DNA of 63,505 bases, counting the filler, from Octopus bimaculoides (taxonomy: Eukaryota), in assembly GCF_001194135.2 (NCBI RefSeq). It is 6 parts of 6 records of this genome, joined end to end, with 100 filler letters (N's around TTAATTAATTAA, not from the genome) between each part and the next. Parts side by side here need not be neighbours in the genome. Positions count along the whole stretch, not along the records: positions 37,005 to 58,276 come from NC_068991.1; positions 58,377 to 63,505 come from NC_068985.1; 4 more parts are not named here. One strand, 5' to 3'. Each line of letters opens with the position of its first letter. The stretch's first letter is position 1. Both the position numbers and the translations under genes were made by a program. This document shows positions 52,820 to 63,505 of the stretch, one piece after another. The notes beneath the pieces are model-generated. The model was not told the DNA's origin, made no database searches, and worked only from the letters and a program-made list of their open reading frames with translations.

Positions 52820-53862
52820 GTATATACATACATATATACACACACACAAACACACACACATATATATATATATATATCCAGTATACCTTCAAGACTGCAG
52901 TGCACCTACACTGAAAAAAACAGCAGGGAATATAACATCAAAGTCACTGGAAAATGGTTTTGACCACAAACCAGGAACGGTTGCCAAGAATGATAATGTT
53001 ATCATCCTCTGGGACTTGCCAGTGCAGACAGCTAGGGAAATCAAAGCAAACAGTCCAGACATCGTAATTAAAAAGAAACGAAGATAAAAACCTGTATGTT
53101 GATTGATATGACAAAACACTAATAGAATGTAAACGCTTTCATTAAGTTCACAGAAAAATCTATCTAAATATTTAGACATTGAGATTGAGGTCTTCCGAGT
53201 TTGGGGGACATGGCAATCCAAACTATACCAGTTGTGTTTGGAGGACTTGGGTTCGTCACGAAGGGACTGGAAAAATTTACTGGCAAAATGTCAGGAAGCA
53301 CCATCCTACAAGAACTTCAGAAAACAATCCTCCCAGGAACGATGTCTATTGTCTATATTGCTGGGTGCTTGCCCTTAAAGCAATGACACCGTCTTTGTAT
53401 ACCCATGGTACCATGGTTGGGTCTCTGTGATATGAGATGAAAACAGGAGACTCAAAGATATGATAATAATGATAATAATAATAATAATAATGATGATGAT
53501 GATAATCTTTTCTACTGAAGGCTTAGGGCCTGGAATTTTGGGAAAGGAGACTAGTTGATTACATTGACCTCAATGTTTCACTGGTACTTAACTTGACCCC
53601 AAAAGGCCATGGTTTCTTACCCATTTTTTTTTTATCTACAAACCCCCATAGCCATTTGATGTTTAAAAATTCACTTTGTTGGCATGCATTGCTCTCTCAC
53701 TTAATAATAATAATAATAATAATAATAATTCTTTCTACTATAAGCACAAAGTCTGAAATTTTGGTAGGAGGGACTAGTTGATTATATCAACCCCAGTGTT
53801 CAACTGATACTTAATTTATTGGCCCTTAAGGATGGAGGGCAGCATTGATCTTGGCAGAATGC
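51961..53862 (-). mobile_element. Cluster of five head-to-tail Nin/Deu-domain SINEs (family E) separated by (TAA)n; other copies at 23170-23392, 40706-40915, 53985-54140 (+), 61600-61935
   Basis: Sense strand GGTTCAAATTCCGCCAAGGTTGACTTTGCCTTCTATCCTTTCGGGGTCAATGAAAT resembles the Nin/Deu domain (GGTCGACTCAGCCTTCCATCCTTCCGAGGTCGGTAAAATGAGTACC); (ATT)n tails. Confidence 0.75.
52685..53458 (+). mobile_element. R4/Dong-clade LINE 3' end: CCHC-like knuckle, REL (PD..D) endonuclease and 3'UTR, with (TAA)n on both sides
   Basis: VCRIYGTFEE..HIFSGCQ knuckle remnant; LWDLPVQTAREIKANSPDIVIKKK..KTCMLIDM REL motif; IPVVFGGLG and QELQKTIL. Interrupted by (CATA)n at about 52787-52877. Confidence 0.82.
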
Positions 53863-55523
53863 TAACTCACCTTTTCCCTTGAAAATACTAACTTGTACCT
53901 AAATTTGAAAATAAACTGTGACCGATGAACAAATTTGTTAGAGCATCAGAAAAATGTCATGCCGTTTTTCTTGTGGTTCTTTACAGTGCGAGTTCAAATC
54001 CTCCTGAGGTGAAATTTGTCTTCCATCCTTCTGGGGGCAGTCAATGAAATAAAATATTAGTCAGGTACTGGCGGGTGGGTGGATGGTTTTGCTTTAATCA
54101 ACAAACACCACCTCAACTCAAAATTGCTTGTTTTGTGACTAAATTTGTAACCACATCCCTCTGCTGTGTTTGTGAAAGGTTGTGTGAGCAATTCTCCTTT
54201 CAGTTCGTTGTCTATTACAATACCCACTCAACCAGAAACCCTCCCTAATTAGACTAATTAGGAGATAAATGGTTCTATTAATAACTTTGGCATTGTTAAT
54301 GAATGCAATTTACCTTCTAACTCTCCACAACACCCTCGTTAATTCTCTCCCTTTCTAACTCTCCCACTTTCTCTTATGGATTCTCTCCCTTCCTAATTCC
54401 CTAATCCCTATCTTCTTAACCCTCTCCCTATATAATTTTCTTCTTCTCCCTCATATAACTCTTCCTGCTTTTCTACCTCTCTCTTTTTACGTGTGTGTGT
54501 GTGTTTGTGTTAGGGCATATGACCCAGTGCTGTGAGTCTCAATTGAGTTCCATATGGTTCCTAAGGGTTCATATGAGATTTTTAGGGAATCCCCATAACA
54601 AAATCACAAATTGGGGGTCCACAATATTTTAAGGGCTTCTGAAAAATTTTGCTTTAGATATATGTATTGGTGTGTATTGCAAGAAAGAGCTAAGTTTCCT
54701 TCTCTAACATTTTACACTGAAGTAAGCCTTCTAAATATATCATTAAAAATAATTGTATATATAGTATCAAATGCGAATGTGTATGAAATATCAATTAATG
54801 ATATTTATAGGAAATGCAAAAAAAAAAAACTTTTCAAAACAGTCAATATTTTTGTAGTTCAAAAATTGTGATTTATGACATAAAATGTCCTCTAAGATTA
54901 GCCAGAGCTAATAAAGACAAACTTTAACCACTAAATATTGTTAAACACACCTCTGCAAATACAATGTACAAAAGCAATTCACTTTAAATACGTGTGCGGG
55001 TGGCACATAAGATGCACCATTTTGAGCGTGGCCATTGCCAGTACCGCCTGACTGGCCTTCATAGGATTTTCGAGCGAGATCGTTGCCAGTGCCCCTGGAC
55101 TGGCTCTTGTGTGGGTGGCACATAAAAGACACCATTTTGAGCGTGGCCGTTGCCAGTACCGCCTGACTGGCCTTCGTTNNNNNNNNNNNNNNNNNNNNNN
55201 NGTTGTGGTGTCATAACATCCAACAACCCAAGTTTTGCGACACAAGTGAGATCGCTGCCAGTGCCCCTGGACTGGCTCTTGTGCGGGTGGCACATAAAAG
55301 ACACCATTTTGAGCGTGGCCGTTGCCAGTACCGCCTGACTGGCCTTCGTTGCGGGTGACACGTAAAAAGCACCCACTATACTCTCTGAGTGGTTGGCGTT
55401 AGGAAGGGCATCCAGCTGTAGAAACTCTGCCAAATTAGATTGGAGCCTGGTGTTGCCATCCTGTTTCACCAGTCCTCAGTCAAATCGTCCAACCCATGCT
55501 AGCATGGAAAGCGGACGTTAAAC

Positions 55524-55556
<33 letters not shown>

Positions 55557-56662
55557 CAGGCAGTGAGACAGTTTTTAGCAGATCCCCAAATGAGACCCAT
55601 GGCAGGCAATGCGTTAAACATCTGATAAAAGTACTCAAGGACATTTAAGTAGGACTTATAAAGGACCCATATCTCACAAGAGTAAAAGAAGGGAAGTTAA
55701 TATTACTGGTATGACAGGTATCAGCATGGCTGTGTGGTTAAGAAAGTTGCTTGCTAACAATGCGGCCTTAGTTCAATCCCACTGTGTGGCACATCGTACC
55801 ATAATCCCGAGCTGACCAAAGCTTTGTGGGTGGCTTTGTTAGACGGAAACTGGAATACGTCTACCATAACAACAGATACAGGAGGCGTGTGGCTTAGTGG
55901 TTAGGGATGTTGGATTCATCATTATAAGATTGTGGTTTCTATTCCTGAACTTAGCGACATGTTGTGGTCTTGCTCCTGTCCACTCGGCTGGTAAAAATGA
56001 GTAACCCTGTGATGGACCAGCGCCTCATCCAGGTGAGGAATATAAACACCATGGAAACTGAGAAACTAGCCTTTATGAGTCGATATGATTCGAGATGGTC
56101 AGTGTTTGTCCCCCTACCACCACGTGACAACCGGTGTTGGTGTGTTTATGCCCTCCCCCCTCATAGCTTAGCGTTTTAGTAAAATAGAATAAGTACCAGG
56201 CTTAAAAAACTAAGCAATGGGTTGGATTTGTTCAACTAAGCCCATCAAGTTGGTGCCCCAGCATGGCCACAGTCCAATGACTGAATCAAGTACAAGAGAA
56301 AAAAAATACAGAATGTTTTTATCTATTTATTTATTTATTTGCTTTCCAGTGAATTTTTTTACCTATCTTTACCTGTAATTAGAGTAGTTGTCAGGTGAAA
56401 ATTGCAGTGTTCCGAATACCAATTGAATCAAACCACTAAATAGAAAGCACCTGTTTAATTAAGCCAATAAAAAGAAAATTAAACATGTTTAATTAATTAA
56501 ATGAATTAACGGATAACCTCCCTCCCCACTATTCTCCTCACTAAAATTTGAATGATGATGATGGTGGTGGTGGTGGTGGTGTTGTTTAGCCCCAGGTCAA
56601 TATTCATTGAACAGACCACTGATACAAGGTGTTCCAGAGATGACCATCACATTTTTTTTTTA

Positions 56663-56809
56663 GTAGCTTGCTTACCAACCACATAGTTCCAGGTTCAGTC
56701 CCACTGTGTGGCATCTTAGGCAAGTATCTTCTACTATAGTCTCGGGCCGACCAAAGCCTTGTGAGTGGATTTGGTAGACGGAAACTGAAAGAAGCCTGTC
56801 GTATATATG

Positions 56810-56850
<41 letters not shown>

Positions 56851-56918
56851 NNNNNNNNNNCAAAGCCTTGTGAGTGGATTTGGTAGACGGAAACTGAAAG
56901 AAGCCTGTCGTATATATG

Positions 56919-56960
<42 letters not shown>

Positions 56961-57172
56961 TGTGTGTGTTTGTGTGCCTGTGTTTGTCCCCCTAGCATTG
57001 CTTGACAACCGATGCTGGTGTGTTTATGTCCCCGTAACCCAGTGGTTCGGCAAAAAGAGACCGATAGAACAAGTACTAGGCTTACAAAGAATAAGTCCCG
57101 GGGTCGATTTGCTCGGTTAAAGGTGGTGCTCCAGCATGGCCGCAGTCAAATGACTGAAACGAGTAAGAGTAT
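56663..57172 (+). mobile_element. SINE family A (with assembly duplication across a 10-N gap)
   Basis: Reverse complement of the 47680-48062 copy. Confidence 0.85.
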
Positions 57173-58376
57173 CTTATAGCTTTGAGATTTCTACCATGTG
57201 ATTGTTGAGTTTTCAAACGACATTGTAGGGTAGGTGTGAGGGGCCAGATCTGGCCCTCTTGAACATAAAACAGATAGAATATTTGGGCCAGATTCAGCCG
57301 GTTTAAATGCTGAAGTGTCAAAGATGTTCCAGTCATGATCGTCTTGTCTCTTATTCATATTCGCTCATCTGTAGCTTTGCATTATCTGATATCTCTTCTC
57401 TTTATTTCTTTCTTTCTTTCTTTCTTTTTTTTTTTTTTTTTTTGTTAAGATTAGAAGATTTGGTTTCTATTTCCAGCTGCTTGTATAACCATATAAACAC
57501 TTATTTTTTTTGGCTTGTAATGTGTCTATGTTTGTGTGTGTGTGTGTGTTTGCTTTATCTGTGAAAACGATATTGATTTCGTTGATATTATTTGTATTAA
57601 ATTTGTCTCTCTTCTTGTGGTGACGTGTTTCAGTTATTGACTCTCCACTTTCTTAATGTTCTACTAAATGTTATTTAATTACCATTATTTAATAAAAGGC
57701 ATCGTCATCATCATCAACACCACCACCACCAATATTATCATTATTGTTATCATTATTATTATTATTATTATTATCATAGGTAAGTTTGTTTCATTGGTTC
57801 TTTTCTTTTCTTCTTTTTTTCTTTTTCGACTATTGATTCATCTCTTCTTGTTCTGTGGTAATCCTGTAATGGCGGGGAGACAATGGGTAGCAGGGAGCAG
57901 GGAGCATGAGCACGAACAGGGTGTGGTTGGAACCATTCAATCAGATTCTTAAATAACTCTGCATAGCTTGCACTGCTGCTGCTGCTGTTGCTGCTGTGTA
58001 GGCAGCAGGGAGTCACTTTAATGTTGTTGTTGTTGTTGTTGTTGTTATTACTACCAGTGGATATTTATTGTTAAAGGAAAATAAAAAGACAGGAGTCACT
58101 CCACCCTAACCCTGCCCTTCCCTCATTCTTCAGTCACAACCGCCATTGTTGCCATTTGTTGAATATGAACTCTGACACCTGTTGGTCAGTCTCTTACAAT
58201 TCTGACTGGCTGTATGAATAATACCTGTGTATTGTCTTGCTTCTTCCTCACTTTCTTTCTCTCTTTTGTTCTCGCCNNNNNNNNNNNNNNNNNNNNNNNN
58301 NNNNNNNNNNNNNNNNNNNNTTAATTAATTAANNNNNNNNNNNNNNNNNNNNNNNNNNNNNNNNNNNNNNNNNNNN

Positions 58377-58417
<41 letters not shown>

Positions 58418-58679
58418 TCTACAGAAAACAAAAGACGAAAGCCGGTGAAGGAACTACAAGCGGATGTATTAGTTTAACACTCTGGAAGAATGGAAAAGTC
58501 TCGACATTTCGAGCCTACGCTCTTCGACAGAAAGAACTTAGAGTACAAAAAGCGGAGAAAGAATGAAAAAAAAAAAACGAGAGAGAAAAAAGTAGCAATT
58601 AACGGTTCAACATGATGCACTTACATTTACATATACATAAGTTTGAATCCATGGCAAACCGCTGCACTAGATTAAGTAC

Positions 58680-59035
58680 TTCACATGTTGCGATCGATAG
58701 AATGGACAGAAGCCCAGCAAATGTCCCTAGTGTTGTCTTCCAAGAGACAGTTTTGGGCCGGCGTTTCCTTATAGTCTATATAAATGACATCTCAAGCGTC
58801 ATCAAACACAGCTAAATAAATATATTCGCAGATGACTCCAAGTTCCATAATATTATCAATGAGAAAGAGACGTAACTGATCTCCCGTTGGATCGACATGC
58901 TGCAAGCCAATGGGTAAACAAGAACAATATATGGTTATATAAGGGGAAATTTGAAGTTATGCACTTTGGAAAGAAGAATAATGCACTCAAACAAGCATAT
59001 TCTCTTCCTTCAGGGCAATTGCTCACGAGTAGCGG
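58680..59035 (+). mobile_element. CR1/L2-group LINE RT fragment (decayed)
   Basis: SVVFQETVLGRRFLIVYINDI..IKHS.INIFADDSK and SQWVNKNNIWLYKGKFEVMHFGKKN resemble the CR1 motifs GVPQGSVLGP..F.IYINDL, FADD and W...N.M.FN..KC.VMHFG. Confidence 0.75.
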
Positions 59036-59045
59036 CCATCACGTG

Positions 59046-59087
<42 letters not shown>

Positions 59088-59172
59088 TGTGTGTGTTTGT
59101 GTGTATGTGTCTGTGTGTGTGTGCGTGTGTGCGTGCGCGCGTTGTATATATATATGTGACAATTATTCGGTA

Positions 59173-59243
59173 GCCATGATAAAAGTCCGAGTTTCGGATG
59201 TCGGAGCGGAAACCCTCGCCGGCATCTCTTCAGTTATCGGGCC
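59173..59243 (-). ncRNA. Type I hammerhead ribozyme-like motif, near-intact; inverted partner at 59528-59567
   Basis: Minus strand: GCCC-GATAA-CTGAAGA-GATG..CATC-C-GAAA-C-TCGGA-CTT-TTATC-ATGGC. Stem I is GATAA/TTATC. The + strand copy reads GAAAC-TCGGA-GTT-TTATC (GUU triplet with stem III intact). Confidence 0.65.
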
Positions 59244-59648
59244 ATCGAAAAAATCTTTCTTATATCTCATCTCTATAATTCTCTACACATACACACACNN
59301 NNNNNNNNNNNNNNNNNNNNNNNNNNNNNNNNNNNNNNNNNNNNNNNNNNNNNNNNNNNNNNNNNNNNNNNNNNNNNNNNNNNNNNNNNNNNNNNNNNNN
59401 NNNNNNNNNNNNNNNNNNNNNNNNNNNNNNNNNNNNNNNNNNNNNNNNNNNNNNNNNNNNNNNNNNNNNNNNNNNNNNNNNNNNNNNNNNNNNNNNNNNN
59501 NNNNNNNNNNNNNNNNNNNNNNNNNNNCGAAACTCGGAGTTTTATCATGGCTACCGAATAATTGCCACATATTATATTTACATATAAATTCCTCTATTTA
59601 CATAATGTTGAGGTTTCTTTCATTCTTTTGATGTCTTACCATTTCTAT

Positions 59649-59723
<75 letters not shown>

Positions 59724-59890
59724 AAGAGAGAGAGAGAAAGGGAGAGAGAGAGAGAAAGAGAGAGAGAGGGGGTAGATAGATAGATAGATAGATACATGTA
59801 TACATTAATGCATGCTTACTATTAGAGTGAAGGTCTTTAGTATATAGACAAGAAGTGTGCATGTGCGTGTGCGTGTGCGTGTGCGTGTGC

Positions 59891-59930
<40 letters not shown>

Positions 59931-60048
59931 GTGCGAGTGTGTTCGTATGAGGTATGAGCGTTTTGAATAATTTAAGTATATGAGCGGAGAAATAAATCAC
60001 TTCATATATAATAAAACTAAATCAGTCTTGCATTTCTTTCCCACAGAC

Positions 60049-60103
<55 letters not shown>

Positions 60104-60503
60104 TACGCCACTATGCCCATATTCACAAGCATGCGTCCAAGTGGATGCATATGTTGTGTTTATTCAAATAAGAAAACAAAAACTAATTTCTATAACTGAT
60201 TTTACACATATTAGATATTTTTTCATTGTTTTCAATAGTTTTATCTATCTATTGATCTACATACCTACCTATGGTCCCACAATCTTTCTTCCATCTCATC
60301 TCTATAATTCTCCTTTCACACACACACACACACATACACACACACACACACACACATAAGTACACATGCATGAAGTTTATATACAATTACGTACATATCT
60401 AATACAAGCTTATGTTAATGCATGGATTTATCTCTTCTGTGTGATTAAGATATTCGCATTCACAGAATCATATACCTTTGTGTGCGTGTGTGTGTGCGCG
60501 TGT

Positions 60504-60550
<47 letters not shown>

Positions 60551-60643
60551 CGCGTGCGTGTATGTGTGATTTTTATTTATGGAAGTAAAAGTAAAAAGTG
60601 TGAAAGTAGCGGTGAAAGAGATGGGGAGAGAGAGAGAGAGAGG

Positions 60644-60702
<59 letters not shown>

Positions 60703-61116
60703 TTAGAGAAATTGATAAAGAGATATATAGAAACACGAAGTATCGAAGATAAAAGCTGAAACACCAAAGACAGACAAACGGGAAAGAAATGGATAGAGAG
60801 GTAGATATCTGGATCACTTGACAGCCAGGTGAATGCGTGTGCGTGCGCGCGCATTGAGTGTATTAGTGTGTGTGTGTATGTGTGTTATTTGACTGGTAGG
60901 TGATTATGTACAAGTATGTTTGTGTATATATATGTAATTATAAGTAGATTGATCGACAGATGATAGATAGAGAGATAGATAGATAGATAGATTGACTGAT
61001 TGATTGAGTGAGTGAGTGAGTGACAGACAGACAAACAGACAAGCAGACAGACAGGCAGGCAGACAGGCAGACAGACAGGCAGACAAACAGGCAGACAGAC
61101 ATGCAGACAGACAGAC

Positions 61117-61150
<34 letters not shown>

Positions 61151-62813
61151 GTAGATAGATAGATAGACAGGTTACTTGGTAAGTTGACAGAAGAAAAAAC
61201 ACATTGGAAAAGGAAGTTTGTCTTGTGGCTTAGATAAAGCATGCTTGAATGGGTTTGTTAGTATTTAATATATCTACCTATCTTAGTGTAATAATCCTGC
61301 CCTAGTTCCCACCATTTCTTTTTCTTATCTATGGATCTTCACAAACATCTTGTATGTGTATTGTTGTTCTTGTTTTTATTCGCCCACCCGTCTTCTTTCC
61401 AAGTAGTATGTAGACATTCTTGTCTTTCCTATAAAAGATTAACAACTAAGCCGCTTTTTTTCAAGATTATTTTTTAATGCCACTGTAGATTTTGGCGACT
61501 GATGACGATGATTATTATTTATCATTAACAACGATGATGATGATGATGGTGGTGGTGGTGGTGGTGGTGGTGGTGGTGGTGAGGGTGGTTATATGTCTTT
61601 TTTAATATTTAGGCACAATGCCAGCAATTTTTGAAGGACGTTTAGAACTGATTACATCAACCCCAGTATTTGAGTAGTAATTTATTTCATTGACCCCAGT
61701 GGGATGAAAGATAAAGGTGACTTCGGTGGAATTTGAATTCAGAACGTAATGAGTCCAAACAAATACGACACAGCATTTCGTTCGACGCGATAACGATTGA
61801 AATGTGGCTGGAGGAGTTAATCGAAACAACGGTTCTGTATACTATTGACCCAAATGTATGAAAGATAAATTTGACTTCGGTGCAAGATGGAGTCATAACA
61901 CTACTAGGCGTTTTGATAGACATTCTGCCACTTTTCCATCCTTAATAATTATTTCTTATCTAGGCGCAAGGTAGCATTGTGTTCTTATTTTAGTGGAGAT
62001 TGGAAGACTAAAGTCTCCTCCCGTTGGCACACTACATCAGTTTGTTTCGTTATGGCATTTAGTTTGATTCTTGTTATAACGGTGTTTGGTCTGTCGTGCA
62101 TGCTGCAGGTAATATCAGTTCTGACATATTGTTGGGCACTTTTAAAGCATATGCTGTGGTGTTTTAAATTATTAGATACGTATTGTGTAGGATATATGTT
62201 ATGTGCCATGAGTGCGAAAAATGTCCTATTTGAAATATTCTCATCGACACAGTCTTGAGCATGGTGTAAGCTGTTCCTTGCAGAGCTAATTTTTGAACAT
62301 GTAATGTTGTGATCCCTGGTACGACTTCTATGTTTCTTTCCATATTTTTTAATTATACTCGTCTTGGCAGTAATGAAACTAATATCGTTCATGATGTCAA
62401 CAATAATGGTTACACAGACTACAACATCGAGAGAAAGCTTGAAGTCTGAAATTTATATACCATCGTAATATCCTGTAATTGCATATATCGCGCATCCATA
62501 TCACTCTTCAATGGTACAGAAATAAATTACACGGGAATCTCTACAAACACTTTCAAGTCGTTTCAAGCACCACCTTCACTCATTTAGATCATGGAACGGG
62601 GGAAAAACCATGTGTTACTGCCCTAATTCTTCTGGAATCACCGGAAACATGGATCGTAACACCATTCTATTCGCATAGAATATTGTCGATAAAGCTATTT
62701 CGAATTTTAACGTATCACGAAATTGCATGTTTTGCCTAACGAAAATGAAGACAGTAATATCAATGAACGAGGGGTCAAAAATGTTGCTATAAGAGTTGGG
62801 TGGGGGTGTTTTT

Positions 62814-62951
62814 TTATGAGTTTATGTATATGAGTGGGACTTTTATGAGATTCTGTTTATGAGTGGGACTTTTAGGCACCTGAAGATGCCTAAAAGTCCC
62901 ACTCATAAACAAACAATCATAAAAGTTCCACTCATAGACATAACCTCATAA
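62814..62951. repeat. Foldback palindrome with internal TATGAGTGGGACTTTT repeats
   Basis: Perfect 25-bp arms at 62854-62878 / 62887-62911 around an 8-nt loop, extended by a further imperfect inverted block of about 40 bp. Confidence 0.9.
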
Positions 62952-63217
62952 CCATCGCTTCTAACGAACGTCGTCGAACACTACCTTTACACCCTGGTAC
63001 TTTAGAGACATTCAGCCGCGTGATATGGTTTTAGGAATGATAATCACTTGAACTATTGGTTTGATGTAGTCAGTCGTTATCTACTACTTCTGCATATAAG
63101 TTACATGTATGAAACTCCTGGTACCTGTGATGTCAATAAGTGGTTGTTTCCAAATAAATAAATATAAACTCGGCCTTGTGTTTCCAGCGTTCTTTAATTT
63201 GTAATCCTCATGTGCGC

Positions 63218-63248
<31 letters not shown>

Positions 63249-63505
63249 TGTGTGTGTGCCTGTGCGCGTAGGCTGAAAGAGCTAAGGGATTTATCAGTTC
63301 CGACCGAACAAGTAAATCAAACTTCATATGTTGAGCGCTTATTCTCTCGCTTACTCTTTCATAAATATTTATTTACTTACGTATACACATATTTACTTAC
63401 GTATACACATATTTGTACGTATTAGCAGGAAGCTGTACAGACACGTACACACACGCGCGCTAGCGCACATGCAAATGTATTCAAATACATTCAAATGTGT
63501 GTGTG

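Noticed and set aside
56752-56957. Duplicated SINE segment around a 10-N gap
   Set aside because: Assembly overlap at a (GT)n tract.
57241-57256. 16-bp palindrome GGGCCAGATCTGGCCC
   Set aside because: Short, and similar text occurs at about 42762-42778; probably part of another dispersed repeat.
11134-58332. Recurrent TTAATTAATTAA 12-mer
   Set aside because: Always centred in exactly 100-bp N spacers; an assembly linker with six-frame stops. Adjacency across these points is not evidence of biological linkage.
5660-59631. Long ORFs in the track (for example 5660-6824, 13606-14775, 18155-19030, 21602-22607, 51115-51972)
   Set aside because: They are open only because they cross N gaps or (TA)n/(CA)n/(GA)n/(TAA)n repeats (YIYI, CVCV, poly-I/N translations); there is no coding signal.
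62879-62886. CTGAAGA in the loop of the foldback
   Set aside because: No downstream GAAA or NUH; not a ribozyme.

Overview
AT-rich, microsatellite- and transposon-dense animal genomic DNA. The SINE repertoire points to an octopus/cephalopod, which is an inference. The window is a concatenation of at least six scaffold pieces joined by artificial 100-bp spacers (N44-TTAATTAATTAA-N44), with many additional N gaps. The only clear host gene is a seven-exon, in-frame internal portion of FBXO11 (PbH1/CASH beta-helix region) on the + strand at 37767-45119. The rest is mobile DNA: three fragments of an R4/Dong-type REL-endonuclease LINE sitting in or beside TAA/TGA microsatellites, a Penelope-like element (RT C-terminus plus GIY-YIG), a decayed hAT transposase, a Tc1 fragment, a CR1-type RT fragment, a hAT MITE with TSD, a Helentron-type HINE, and five recurrent SINE-like families. 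The most interesting signal is a set of type I hammerhead ribozyme motifs. One has an intact core (36626-36690, minus strand) inside a 518-bp directly repeated unit that ends a scaffold, a candidate retrozyme/circRNA element. A second forms an inverted pair at 59157-59567, and several decayed motifs are scattered elsewhere. All were read by eye; none has been confirmed by a covariance-model search. Repeat coordinates are approximate; exon coordinates are exact.
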